A DNA stretch of 63,831 bases from contig NC_068989.1 in assembly GCF_001194135.2 (NCBI RefSeq), positions 84,693,966 through 84,757,796 on the forward strand. Direction: 5' to 3'. This document shows, piece after piece, positions 48,101 to 62,130 of this stretch (position 1 is the stretch's first letter; each line of letters begins with the position of its first letter). Under the pieces are notes generated by a model. The model saw nothing but the letters and a program-made list of their open reading frames with translations. It did no database searches and was not told the DNA's origin. This DNA is from Octopus bimaculoides. Lineage: Eukaryota. A program made the position numbers and the translations under genes.

Positions 48101-48429
48101 ATGTATGCATACATAGTCTTGTACAAATGTACAAACATGCTCTGTTGGGGACGGACGGGCATACATACACACACACGTACATTAATGTAGCCCTGATCAG
48201 ATCACTAGGACATCTAAACTTGTACACGTTAGACGCTTACATGCACGCACATAACCATTTTTTTTTTTGGTTGCTAGGCAACCAATTGATGCAGTTTTAC
48301 CACAGATGTCTGTCATCATCATCATCGCAACTAGTACATGAATATTAAAGTCTTAAAATAGCAACAGCATTTGTCCCCTTTTTTAATGACTGACTGACTG
48401 ACAGTGTCGGGAGGAAGGGTGAGAGTAGT

Positions 48430-48650
48430 GGTGATGGGGGAATGGGGCTAGGGGTGTTGTATAGCCCCAGGTCAGCTCTCTTTGAGCAAACCTATGATGA
48501 AAAAGCATTTCGATCTCGACCATCCGGTCTCTTCTTCAGGCATAGTCTACCTTGGATCGTATCGTCCAACGCCTCCTTTCACATCTTTAAATAAGGTAGC
48601 GTGAGATTTGACTGCTACTTCTAGCAGGTTCAGCAACCATTTAGAGGCTC
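48430..48650 (-). mobile_element. Interspersed repeat 'family F' (ggagcctc...acctgctagaaatagcag); plus-strand copies near 3705-3910 and 47704-47860
   Basis: Shared core in at least 5 places, with an (aac)n-type tail. Confidence 0.65.
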
Positions 48651-48935
48651 CTTTGTTGGTGATGACAGTAGCGGGGGGAGGAGGGAGGAATCTGTGGTGG
48701 GTGTGACAGTATACGGTGGTGGCGGAGAGCGGAGGGAGGGACCAGGACTTGGTCTTCATGCGATTGTTAAGGGATCGGAGAAGTGTGGGGGGGGGGATTA
48801 AATTAAGGATTGGGAGATGACTGGTGGTAGAACTGGTAATGGTAGGGTACCAGTGGAGGAGGGGGTGGGTCACTATTATTATCACACATACAATATGTAT
48901 GTGTGTATATGTATTTATATACACANNNNNNNNNN

Positions 48936-48974
<39 letters not shown>

Positions 48975-50499
48975 TATATATATATACACACACACACCGA
49001 CTGACATTTTCCTTATTTCCTATATATTGTAATTATGTTTTCATTGTGACTCTGAGATATAATGGTAGCGATGGTGGGGTGGGGTGGGGGCTCTAGTGGC
49101 GATGGGGATGGGTAGGGACTATAGTAGCGGTGGCGGTGGGGCTGCTGCTGTTCTCTCCCCCATCTCTCTAATGGGGGTTGGAATGGTGTTTGAGGGGAGT
49201 GGTGGCAACTGGGGGGGAGGAAAGTAGCTATGGTGGACGAGGAGGAGGGAGGGGATGTTGTGGTATGGTGTGGCTATTGCCATGGCGGCGGCGGTGCCGA
49301 TGGTGGTGATGTGATGTGGCACTCGCAATGATTGTTGGCGGTGGGTAAAGAGGATTCTGGTAGTGATGATGGGGATGTGGAGGTTGCAGTGATGGTGGTG
49401 AAGACGGTGGTGGTGGTGTGAGGAGTTAGATTTCTATCAAGAACACATCACTTTAGTATTGAAGTCAAGTACTTTGGCTTCCTGGATCAATAACACCGCC
49501 ACCACCACCACCACCTCCACCTCCACCGTCGCTGCTGCTGTCTTCAACCCTGTTTCCACCACTAATAGCATCAGCACTGCTGCTGTTGTTAGTGCTGCTG
49601 CCGCCGCTGCCAATTCCTCGCTGCCACTGCTGTTGCTGTTAATACCACCACCACCACCACCACTGTCCCATAGACATATTTCCTTTTTCTTTTCCCCCTG
49701 CCTAACATCTCTATATTCTCTCTCTCTCTCTATCTCGCTATCGTTTTATCCATCTATCTACCGTTTTATCTATCTTTCTATCTATCTGTCTATCATTTTA
49801 TCTAGCTCACTATCTCTTTGCATGTGTTCCTAAGTATGTTTCTCTTTATTTGTGAACGTTTGTGACACTGTACGTATAAGTCTGCAACTGTGTGTGTGTG
49901 TGTATTTTTGTGTAATCGTGTGTTTGTGTATGTGTGTGTCCACTTCCAACAACCACTGCCCTGCAATATATAATCAGCCTACACCACTGCCTTGTCCTAT
50001 GTCAGATGTTATAACCTTCTTACTGCGATTGGAACCTTATTTGGGGGTTTAGTAGGGTAGTTAGGGACTAGGCAATACAATTTGATACTAAACCCTAAAA
50101 AAAAAATTTTAATAACGATATATAATTTTGCCAAGGTTCCATGAGTTTGTCAAGTAGAAGCAAATGTGTGTGTAGTTTTCTATCAAAAGGGCCTAATGAA
50201 TGACTGGTATCTATTTCATTGACACTCCAGTGGAGTGATACATGAAGATGAGCTTTGGTGAGATTTGAAACTCTGACTAAAAATTGGCAGACATTGTTTT
50301 GTGGATGTTAAACATACACTACAGGCCAGTGAGTGTCAGACTCCACTCCACATACCAGCTGGTGTATGTCACTGAGTGTGAAATTTCACTCCACATACCA
50401 GCTAGCATGACAACTAAATGGTTCCTGATGGATCACATGCATAACAAAACATAATAAAGTGCACAATATGTAATTCAATTACTTCATGTATAATGCATA

Positions 50500-50960
50500 T
50501 CTATCACATGGCTGTGTGGTAAGTATCTTGCTTACCAACCACATGGTTCTGGATTCAGTCCCACTGTGTGGCACCTTGGGCAAGTGTCTTCTACTATAGC
50601 CTCGGGCCGACCAAAGCCTTGTGAGTGGATTTGGTAGATGGAAACTGAAAGAAGCCCGTCGTATATATATGTATATATATATATANNNNNNNNNNNNNNN
50701 NNNNNNNNNNNNNNNNNNNNNNNNNNNNNNNNNNNNNNNNNNNNNNNNNNNNNNNNNNNNNNNNNNNNNNNNNNNNNNNNNNNNNNNNNNNNNNNNNNNN
50801 NNNNNNNNNNNNNNNNNNNNNNNNNNNNNNNNNNNNNNNNNNNNNNNNNNNNNNNNNNNNNNNNNNNNNNNNNNNNNNNNNNNNNNNNNNNNNNNNNNNN
50901 NNAACTAAAGGCGGTGCTCCAGCATGGCCACAGTCAAATGACTGAAAAGTGTAAAAGAGT
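50500..50960 (+). mobile_element. Family B SINE whose internal (TA)n is an assembly gap
   Basis: Head ends gaagcccgtcgtatata, then the gap, then aactaaaggcggtgctccagcatggcc. Confidence 0.85.
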
Positions 50961-51734
50961 AAATATTTTGAGTATTGTAGAAATATAAACCAGTTCATTG
51001 CCAATAAATTTTAAAAGTAAAATCATATATGGACCTCCCCCCCCCCAAGGGTCATACGGACCCCACATGAGAAACCCTCATGTGCAGGCTCCTTTATTGG
51101 CTTCTCAGGCTGTGGTAGTAGAGTGCTGTTCGGTGTGACTTTGTCAGTCTCTGTCTGTGTGTGTAACAGCATTGTAACATGGCATTACTGGATCTTTGTA
51201 GAAAGTCAACACCTGATCAGGTCTGGAGTTTTTTTCTGGCACCCAAGGGGAAGAAGGCTCGTCTTTTGGATGTAGTTTAGAATGTTTGTCTCTGAGAAAC
51301 AGCAGCAACACTGTCCAGACATGTGGTCTGGTCTGTCTGTGTGTTTAGCAACAGCAACAACTATCCCAGACAGTTGAGCAATGCTGTAATGTGATGTATA
51401 CGTGTTTAACAGCAGTACGATGTGGATTTGTGAACAGTACCATAATGTGGCTTTAGGATGTCTATGCATGCAACAACAGCACTGCCCCATATATAAGAAC
51501 CGTATCATGATGTCATCTAAGATGTTTGTGTTAGAGCACCATTAGCCCAGATAGAAAAACAATATTGTAATATGGTCTACAGTGTTTATATATGTAACAG
51601 CGGCACTGTCAAAGATATGGAAGCAGTACTGTAATATGGTTTGTTATATTTGTATGTGTAACAGCAGCTGTAGCAGCAGCAGCACTGTCCCAGACATGTG
51701 ATGTAGGTTTCTTCCACCTGTACTTTGTTTAGAT

Positions 51735-52310
51735 CAGGAGTTCCCAAGCACCAGTCTGCAGACCAGTGCCAGGCCATGAATCAGTTTGGTACCAGGCCTC
51801 ACAGGAAGAATAAATTTCTAGATTTTATTTCTGTTTTATTGACTATCACAGTTTGCTGGGTGTTTTTGCAATATATTCTTTGTAAGCCTAGTACTTATTC
51901 TATCAGTCTCTTTTGCTGAACCGCTAAGTTACGGGGACATAAACACACCAGCATCGGTTGTCAATGTTGGTGGGACAAACATATACACACACGTACATAA
52001 ATATATACGACGAGCCTCTTTCAGCTTCCGTCTGTCTACCAAATCCACTCATAAGGCTTTGGTCAGCCCGAGGCTATAGTAGAAGACACTTGCCCAAGGT
52101 ACCACGCAGTGGGACTGAACCCAGAACCATGTGGCTGGTAAGCAAGATACTTACCACACAGCCATGTGATAGATATGCATTATACATGAAGTAATTGAAT
52201 TACATATTGTGCACTTTATTATGTTTTGTTATGCATGTGATCCATCAGTCTGTGGGAAAATTGTCTTGCATGGAACTGGTCTGTGGTGCCAAAAAGGTTA
52301 GGGAGTGCTG
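51735..52310. mobile_element. Charlie-like hAT MITE containing a nested family B SINE (51878-52165, minus strand)
   Basis: Ends caggagttcccaa / ttagggagtgctg; flanks gtttagat / ccttagaa resemble the NTCTAGAN Charlie target. Confidence 0.65.
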
Positions 52311-53387
52311 CCTTAGAAGACATTTTTGTTTACATTCCAATAAAAGATTCTTCCCAACTGTGCTGCTATCTTCCATGCTTGTGTGTTATCTTGGAGGGAG
52401 TGAGCTAATGTACAGTGGAGATTGATTCACTAAGATAATCATTTGTGTGGGTTGTTCAATAAGGTACGGAACCCTGGTCTGTCATTTACAACAGGAGTCA
52501 TATGTGTGTGTGTACCAGGGCTGTGGAATCGGAGCTGGAAAGGATTAAGGAGTAGCTGGAGTCGGAGTTGGTAAAATAGACCACAATCACTTAATTACAT
52601 AGAGGGGTCAGGTTCGAAGTTTTTTGTTTCGACTACACAACCCTGATATATACAAATGTACACATACAAGTAAGTGTATACATGCAAAAGAAGTTGGAAA
52701 AAAAATAGTACTCAAATACCAAAGGTAGAATAATGTATTATTTATTAAAGCCTCCAAAATTTTCAAACTGTTACTCAGAGTACATGCACACAAACTCACT
52801 CCCCCAAATGCACACATAACGTGTATGTGTGTGTATATCTATATGTTTATACAGTTTGATTTACATTACACGACAAAGAACCAGTATTTAGAACTACATG
52901 TGCATTCTTATATATCCAAAGAGAACTTGTATTACTGTTCAAGTTTTCTTTGAATGCTTTCTATAGTTTGAAGATCACAGAGTACATATAGAAAAAAAAA
53001 AAAATAAACAGTTTTGTCCATAAATTATTTAGCAACATCATCTGTCACAAGTTTCATTAATAATGAAAAGATCTATGATGTAAAGAAAGCCTTATAAGCA
53101 AATTATATCAAATCTTCAGAGATTGCATAACTCTCATTAGTAAGTTTTATTGGTTATACTTGACTCCAGACAGTTTTGGTAACAATGACATAATGACTGT
53201 AGTTATGGTTATTGATCTCATAATACTGTCTAGAGTTCAACATAAATATTAAAAATTACTCATGGGAGTTACACAGTCTCTGAAGATTTGATAATATAAT
53301 CTGCTTATGTAATGGATATTTTCTTTATTATTAATGAAATACTTGGAAGATGATCTAAATAATTTATGAACAAAGAATAAACTCTCC

Positions 53388-53454
<67 letters not shown>

Positions 53455-53549
53455 CTGGCTTCTTTCAGTTATTAAATTTACTCACAATGGGACCAAACCC
53501 AAAACCATGTGGTTGGGAAATGAACTTCTTAACCACAGCCATGCATGTT

Positions 53550-53580
<31 letters not shown>

Positions 53581-54520
53581 AGTCAGGCATGAAGTGTCAT
53601 GATCCTTTAAAGGGCCTTGGGGGTGGGGGAAATATCCTCTAACCAGAGACATGGTCCAAATGAATGCAACAGAGTAGACTTTCCTAAAGACCTTGAAGAT
53701 GCAAGATGGTGCTGGTGGGGTTAGACCAACTGAGGGATTAAGTCTACAACTCAGGGAGGACAAAGAACTAGGTTTAATACCACAAAGCATCCAGCTGCAG
53801 AAAATTAGAAAATGTCTTTCATTAAAATTTTATTTGGTCGATGCAAGCATGGAATTGTGGACATTGCAATGCTGGTGCAATGTGGGGTTAACCTTACTTA
53901 CCAACTATGTGGTCTCAGGTTCAGTCCCACTGCGTAGTACCTTTAACCAATATCTTCTATTATAGCTTCAGGCTGAACATGAACAAAGCTTCATGAGTGG
54001 ATTTAGTTGACGAAAACTGAAAGAAGCTTGTCGTGTGTGTGTTACTCTTGTTTTGACATCACATGATGGTTTTAACCCTTATATACCCCTGGTTGCGTTT
54101 TCGCAATGCAAAACCTGCTCCTACTTGTTTGGACATAAACTTGCCAGGAAGCATCTGACTGAGCAGAGCATACGAAATGTTCAGTTGATAGTTGACACTC
54201 GTAGCTAACAGTTGCATCTTGTCCTTCTTTTCCTGATTGTAATTAGCTTACCATAATGTTTAATCTAAAAACAGTAAAATGTTAAGGCTTAATTTTTATC
54301 ATGGGCATATATGGGTTAAGTGAACATCACTGTCATACTGGTGTTGTTGTTTGTTTACTGTGTTCTGAAGAAAACATATCTGGCCATTGGGAAATATTAC
54401 CTTACTTGGAAACAGATGAGAATGGGCAACAGAAAAGGCTTCATATGTTGGAAGTGGAATTTTGTGAAGATCATATATGTGTGTTTGGGTCTGTTTGTGT
54501 ATATTTGTATATATATGTAC

Positions 54521-54574
<54 letters not shown>

Positions 54575-54804
54575 NNNNNNNNNNNNNNNNNNNNNNNNNN
54601 NNNNNNNNNNNNNNNNNNNNNNNNNNNNNNNNNNNNNNNNNNNNNNNNNNNNNNNNNNNNNNNNNNNNNNNNNNNNNNNNNNNNATATAAACTGCAGCAC
54701 CTTCAGGCGTACCTTTACATTCAAAATGAGACTTAGCTATTCAACAGAGGTCAATAAAATAACCAATTGAAACAAGTATTGCATTAGGCATGACAGGCTG
54801 AAAC

Positions 54805-54972
54805 CCTGTATTTAAATGTGTATAAGGAACCCCGTAATTTTGGGGGCTTGAAATTTGGAAAAAAAGGTCTTATAAGGGATTATAATACTATCCATGTATA
54901 AGAAACTCCCCATATTTTTTTAACCTAATTATTGACAAAAAGGGGGCTCCATATACATGTTGAAATACGGTA
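54805..54972. mobile_element. Second copy of the Tc1/mariner-like MITE
   Basis: Colinear with 14995-15163; ends gaaatacggta. Confidence 0.8.
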
Positions 54973-55488
54973 CATACAGATACCCCACTCTGTATCCCTG
55001 GAGATATTTCTACCCATATTAACAATAAAGTTTTCTTCAGTCCTTAAATCATACGTTCCACCCTCATCCCACCCTCACCATTCTTACCATGGAAACTCTT
55101 CACACTCCCTTCCTTTCATATACTTCCTTCTATCTCTCTCTCTCCCTCTCCCTCTCTCACTCTTATTCATTCATCTCTTTACATCTACTTCCCCTCTCTC
55201 CTTACTCTCCACTATTTGTTCATACCCCCACCCCCCACCCGCATCCATCCCATTTATTCCACTCAAGCCTCATTAATTTCCGTCAGCTTTCATGTACCGC
55301 CTTCCCACCCCTTCCACCCTGCTCAGCTCCCTTCATGTTTTCCACATTATCCTGACAGTTCTGTTATCTTGAGCAAGTATGTCACCTTTACCACCACCAC
55401 TGATGATATGACTACTACCACTACTGCTGATGCTGCTGCGACAACAGCAGCAGAGGCTGCAGTTGGACTGCTTAGCATTCTCTCTCTC

Positions 55489-55519
<31 letters not shown>

Positions 55520-55614
55520 TCCTCTCTCTCTGTCAATAATGTCACATGACCTCTTGCTGAAACTAGGGGAAAAATCTACTCCTACTACTACCATATATCC
55601 TCTCTCTATCTATC

Positions 55615-55645
<31 letters not shown>

Positions 55646-56069
55646 TTATCTTCACCACCACCTTCCCCTGTACCTTACAACTTGTGTGTGTGTGTCCCCA
55701 ACTAGTCCCCACCATTGCTTTTTTTTTAACCCACCACCACTTTCCCATTCCCTCTGCCCTCACTAAATTTTCAAAATGGGTGGCCAGCAGAAGGATGGGG
55801 GGAGAGGAGTAGGGATACCAGTTATAACATGGGGAACTACCACCATAATCATAGCACAGGGTTGCCACAACCTGAATCAGGTTTATTTCTGCTGTAACAG
55901 AGGGCTACCACGATTGTAGTGCAGGGTTACTGCAGATGTAATTCATGGCTAGCAGCCCTTATAAAACAGGGGCTGCCTCTGCTACTAACGCAGGGGCTGC
56001 CCACAACATGTTATTAAAGGTTCCCCTACATTCTACTTCACCTTGTAACTCAGGAAGAAGAGGTTGTGA

Positions 56070-56243
56070 TGAGTCTCTCTCCCTTTCTCTCTGTCTCTCT
56101 TTCTCTCTGTCTCTCTCTTTCTCTTTCTCGCTGTCTCTCTCTTACTCCCTACCCTTATTTCATACTCTCTCACCCCATTTTTCCACCTCTAATACTTCTC
56201 TTTCTTTCCTTCTCACTCCTCTTCTCTTTTTAAGCTCTATACA

Positions 56244-56284
<41 letters not shown>

Positions 56285-56690
56285 CCCTTCCCTCTTATCC
56301 TCTTACTCTCACTTCTACCCTTTCTCTCTCTGTTCCTTTATCTTGGCTTTCTCTCTTTCTGTCTGTCTATCTATTACTCCCTCGCTTTCAACTCCCCTCT
56401 CTCCATATTATTTCAAGACCGCCCTTCTCTCTCTATCTCTCTCTCTCTCCTTGCCCATCTCTCCCTTACCTCTACTCACACATATTTCCACTTCTACCCA
56501 CAAATACAGCATTAACCCTGCCTCACTCACACTCTCTTTTGTCATTCTCATATACCCACAGCACTCACTCAATCTCTCTTTCTCCCTTACACAAACACAC
56601 ACTATCTCTTCCTCCCTCTCTCTCTCTCTCACCCCTCCTTCTTCACTGTCTCTCATCTCCCTCTCTCTCTCCTTCTCTCTCCATTAATAC
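56070..56690. repeat. About 620-bp (CT)-rich polypyrimidine tract; similar tracts at 17690-18080, 55095-55330 and 59255-59410
   Basis: Degenerate (ct)n visible directly; it produces the spurious L/S ORFs. Confidence 0.9.
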
Positions 56691-58006
56691 TTTTCTCAGC
56701 AAACATCCACAGATTATCCTCCAACTACTACCATCCCCACCACGACCTCCACCTCCAACACCACCTTACTCTCAGGTCTCTTCCTCCTACTCCCTCATCA
56801 TTCCTTAGTCTGTTCACTATACTCCTGAATCTCATTACTGCTACTACAACGTAGCAGCAGCAGCAGCAGCAGTAGTAGTAGTCGTAGTAGTAGTAGTAGT
56901 AGTAGTAGAGCAGGCAGTGATAAATCCTCCATTCACTTATTCATTCTCTCATCATCCTAGCAGTAGTAGTTGTAGTAGTGAGCCAAGCCGGGCCCAAGGC
57001 TGATACTACATACTACAACAGCAGCAACACTATCACCATCACCACCACCATCACCACCAAGGCTGGTGGTATACTTACTTACACATACCCTAATACTACA
57101 CATACTACAACATCAGCAACAACCAACAAACAGCTACTTACTACACGGCTTAAGTAAAGAATGTGGAGGAACCATATTCATACTTCAGTGTAACTACACA
57201 GACACACACATACATACATACATACATACACACGCGTGCACAGTTGCACACACATGCACATACACATTGTGACCACTGCAGCCTCTTCCATCCATTGTTA
57301 GATTGGAGTTTGACTGTCTTTCTTATCATCCTCATCATCACCAGCACCACCACCGCCATCACCAGTACCACCTCCGCCATCACCATCATCTTCGACAACC
57401 ATCGCCGCCATCACCGTTTTCTACCGCTACTGCTGCTGCTGCTTCTACAGTTGTTCTATCATCCAATTTTCCACCCCCCCCCCNNNNNNNNNNNNNNNNN
57501 NNNNNNNNNNNNNNNNNNNNNNNNNNNNNNNNNNNNNNNNNNNNNNNNNNNNNNNNNNNNNNNNNNNNNNNNNNNNNNNNNNNNNNNNNNNNNNNNNNNN
57601 NNNNNNNNNNNNNNNNNNNNNNNNNNNNNNNNNNNNNNNNNNNNNNNNNNNNNNNNNNNNNNNNNNNNNNNNNNNNNNNNNNNNNNNNNNNNNNNNNNNN
57701 NNNNNNNNNNNNNNNNNNNNNNNNNNNNNNNNNNNNNNNNNNNNNAGAGAGAAAGAAAGAGAGTAAGAGAGAGAGAGAGGATCGAGGCTGCTCTGTCACA
57801 CACCATAAGAACTGGTGGTCAAGCTCCCCTTGCTGCAGTTTTTTTTTTTCTCAACCCCTAAGGTGGGGGTAACACGCCCCACACACCAAAAAAAACACAC
57901 ACACACACATACAAAATCCAAACACAAAACAAACACTTGAAAGATTTGTATTTAAGGAAAAAAAAAACAATTATCTGACATTCACTCTCTTTATATCCAC
58001 ATAACA

Positions 58007-58067
<61 letters not shown>

Positions 58068-58111
58068 ATCCATACCACACACTCACAAACACACACACCC
58101 CGCACACACAC

Positions 58112-58143
<32 letters not shown>

Positions 58144-58742
58144 GTACATATGTATGCAAATCTACATATGTAGAAAGAACTACCGCCAAACTGGATGTAT
58201 GATATGTGTTGTTGCTACCACCTCTGCTACACTGTGGACTGCGCTGTAACTACAACCACACTACTGTTAACACTGTGTTGAAACTACAACAACCACTCAC
58301 CACTACGCTACTACTGACTGTACTGTAATATCTACCACACCTCTAATGACACTAGTACTACATACACGGTGACACTGTCAACGCTACCTTAGCACCACTA
58401 AAACAACACCCAATACTACCATCTTGACTACTAGCTCCATTACTGCAGCCCCACTTGTGACACCCTTTGCCATGGCTTACAATGGCATTTCTCCTGACAT
58501 GTTGCCAAAAGAAGGTATGTATGGATATTGTCTTGAACAAGTTCTTTCACTCTTAGTAGCAGGCACTATTACTGCTTCTATACACCAGCTTCTGTACAAT
58601 TGTCTATCTACACACTATGTTCTTTCTCGCCTTCTCTTTCTCTTTCACACACACACACACACACATATGCGTATACATTCACTCACATACTCTACATACA
58701 CATCGTGATGAGATATACATGTGTATACATATATAAATATAG

Positions 58743-58790
<48 letters not shown>

Positions 58791-59295
58791 CATATACACC
58801 CTTTCATGCTGCCTGTCATCTTGCTTCTCTCTCCATGTACACGTATGCATGTGTGCTTCCTGCATGCATGCATACACACTCATGTGCTGCTTAACGTGCA
58901 TTAACATACATGTCGACATACATGCATATATAATTATGCATGTGCTCATGAATATCTATGTAGGGAAAGAGAGATAGAGAGAGACATATACAGTCTACGC
59001 ATAATTACATGCATTAGTACGCACACAAACATATATATATAAGTTGATCAACACACCATTAAGCAGACACACACGCACACACATGTATTGAATACACTTG
59101 TAGATAGACTCACATTCACATGTACAATTATACATTTACATATGGCACACGGACTCTATTATACACCATTCGTACATGCCACTGGCATGCTCTTATACAT
59201 ACATACAAGATGTAGAAATAGCCCCACACTGTTCTCATTATACACTTATACACCTCTGTCTCTCTCTCTCTCTCTCTTTCTCATTCTCCCACTCA

Positions 59296-59396
<101 letters not shown>

Positions 59397-61770
59397 ATCT
59401 ATCTATCTGTCATGGCACCACCGCTGCCACCACCACCGCTACAAGCTACTTCTCAGCCGGCTCCTTCTATCTCTTACTACATACACACATTCGTGTGTGC
59501 ACATACACACACACACACACACATGCATCCATTACAGCTCTCACATCATTGATAGTGCATTATTCTTCGGTACTCGGTGAATGTGTATATATTTGTATGT
59601 ATGTATGTATGTATGTATATATACATGCATATATGTATATATTTATGTGTGCATGTGTGAACGTATGTGTGCGTACCTGTGCATTTCCCCCTCTGTCTGT
59701 CTATTATGCTCAATCTAGCTATTCTCTCTCTATCTATCTGACTCTATATCCATCTATGTATTACTAACACATTACATACGAACACGTGTGTGCACACACA
59801 CAACACACACATATGTAAGCTCCCCTCCCTCTGTCTCATTTTGTTTTAAATATATTCTCTCGGATTTGGAGTGTCTCATTTAGAATTCTTCGAATTTCTG
59901 GTTTGGTCTGGAAAATGTCACTATGATATGCAAATGGTTATGGTGACGGTAATGATGACAGTGGTGGTGGTGATGGTAGTAGTCACATTTACGTAGTGGT
60001 GGAGGTCCTGGGGCTTTTCTTTTCGATTGTCGTTGCAATGGTGGAAATTGTAAAAGACTTTTGGATACAATATGGCTGCCAGAATAGTTAACAGTGGCAG
60101 CAGCATCTGCTACAAAATGGTCCTGGATGCTGTGTATTCTAACTAGAAATTGGTTACAATGCTGGCTTGACCACTGACAAATGGTCATGTGTTCTGGCTG
60201 AGTCAGTGTGTTGGCTTTGACCAATAACAAATTGGTGTCAGTCTATTCTGTATGGAAGCTGGTCAGTCTGTTCTGCTTGACCAGAAAAGAAAAGAAATAG
60301 CTTGTTTATTGTTCAGTCTATTGTTTCATCACTACCCCAACAATATTAAATAAATGGTCATGTGCTATGGTTGGTGTTTAGTCAAGCTTGGTTGTAAGCC
60401 TGACCAAGGACAGAATGACTAAACCAGCTTTGTGTTCTCGGCAAAATGTATCCAGTAACTGTGGACATTTTTGTGCCTACAAGCCGGTCAGCATGTTGGC
60501 TTGATCCGTAACAAATAGTCTTGTCTATTATGTATTCTCCAATGAGTGTGGCCAGCTAGGAAACAACATCTACAAATGGTGTGGTCAGCTAGGAAACGAC
60601 ATCTACAAACATCTGCTTTCACTACCATCTATACCAGTCATGAGTAAATAGCAGCCCATGGGACTTGCTGAATGGCATGCCTAATTTTATAGTTATTTAT
60701 TTATTAAAAATTTTTAGCCCTGCAGCTTGTCTGGTGGTCAGCCATATCTCATGTGGCTTGTTTCTCATAAAACGATTGCCCATGCCTGATCTACACTATT
60801 GGATTTGACCATAAGCTGGTTTGGGCTTGAGTAGACTTTTAGAATTTGGATTGAGAGTGGACCATGACTGTATCTCAAATTATTCGCCCCACCCATTCTC
60901 ATATATTCATGTCTGTGTGTGTACGTCTGTATGTATATGTGTGCATCATTATTATTTTACACCTAACTCTCCATACGATATGTGTGTATGTATGTATATA
61001 TATATATGTGTGTGTATATATATATATATGATATAATATAAAAGAACACAAACGGGATTTAAAATTTACATAGATTTTAAGCCCCATTTGTGTTCTTTTT
61101 TCATACCTGTGCCACACCTAGAACCAGCCCTGAGTCAGATCTGTAGCTTCAGTTGGATTTGATACTTACATATCCACAGTATCCTACCACCACTTGATAC
61201 CACCATGGTTGTTTTACCTCACTGTAACCCTATGTTATTGTACCTAGCCATTTCTGGTGTCCTACAGGTTGATGTGCCTAGATTCTATTGAATCCTATAA
61301 CTGATTTCTCAGTGTCTTTGTTTAAAAATGAATAAATCTGTTAAATGTAACTCTTTACTCAACAGTTACTTGTATACCTTGTATTGAGTCCGCTTAAGAT
61401 TATTGTCTCATTGATCTTTGATTCAAGAGTTTTCACATGTGTGTGTGTGTACCCAGCGGGTGCAAAAATGGCGATGATGATGTCATGTCGGGTATCAGTT
61501 GTTGGTACTGCTCTGAGTTTGATGTGTTATGTGCTTTCAGTGTGTGACACTCTAAGTAACAATGGAGTGAATCAATAGATTCTGAATAAATATGAACTCT
61601 ACACCATGTATTGAGTGCACTCTCATTTCTACATGCGCGTGTGTACATCCATATGTATGCATATGTACATATATGCATATATGTATATGTCTATATAAGT
61701 GTATAAATATGTCTGTGTGTGTGTGTGTGTGTTTGTATATACACACATGTATATGTACATATGTATATGC

Positions 61771-61801
<31 letters not shown>

Positions 61802-62130
61802 CATGTGTGTGTGTGTGTGTATACAGACATGCATACACACACACACACACACATACATACATACATACTGTCTATGTGTATACAAGTTTGGAGACAAACA
61901 TGTCCAGATGGTTAAGACGTTCACTTTGCAATGATGTCATCTTAGATTTGATTCTAATACATGGCCCCTTGGTTAAGGCAAGTGTCTTTTACCCTAGCTT
62001 TGGATTGAACTTTGGCAGATAGAAACTGTATGGAAGCCCATCAGATTGGCCTGTTCTTGTAATTCAAAGGGCCGTTCTTCTCACAAGAATGTTATAATGA
62101 TTCTACCTGAGTACATGTAGGATATTCATT

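Noticed and set aside
1007-57745. Eleven N-runs as possible biological features
   Set aside because: They are scaffold gaps (~4.1 kb total), many at (TA)n tracts. They only matter because small exons could be hidden in them.
61468-61578. Short ORF MAMMMSCRVSVVGTALSLMCYVLSVCDTLSNNGVNQ resembling a signal peptide
   Set aside because: It has 36 codons, stops without a usable donor, and has no homology I can recognise.
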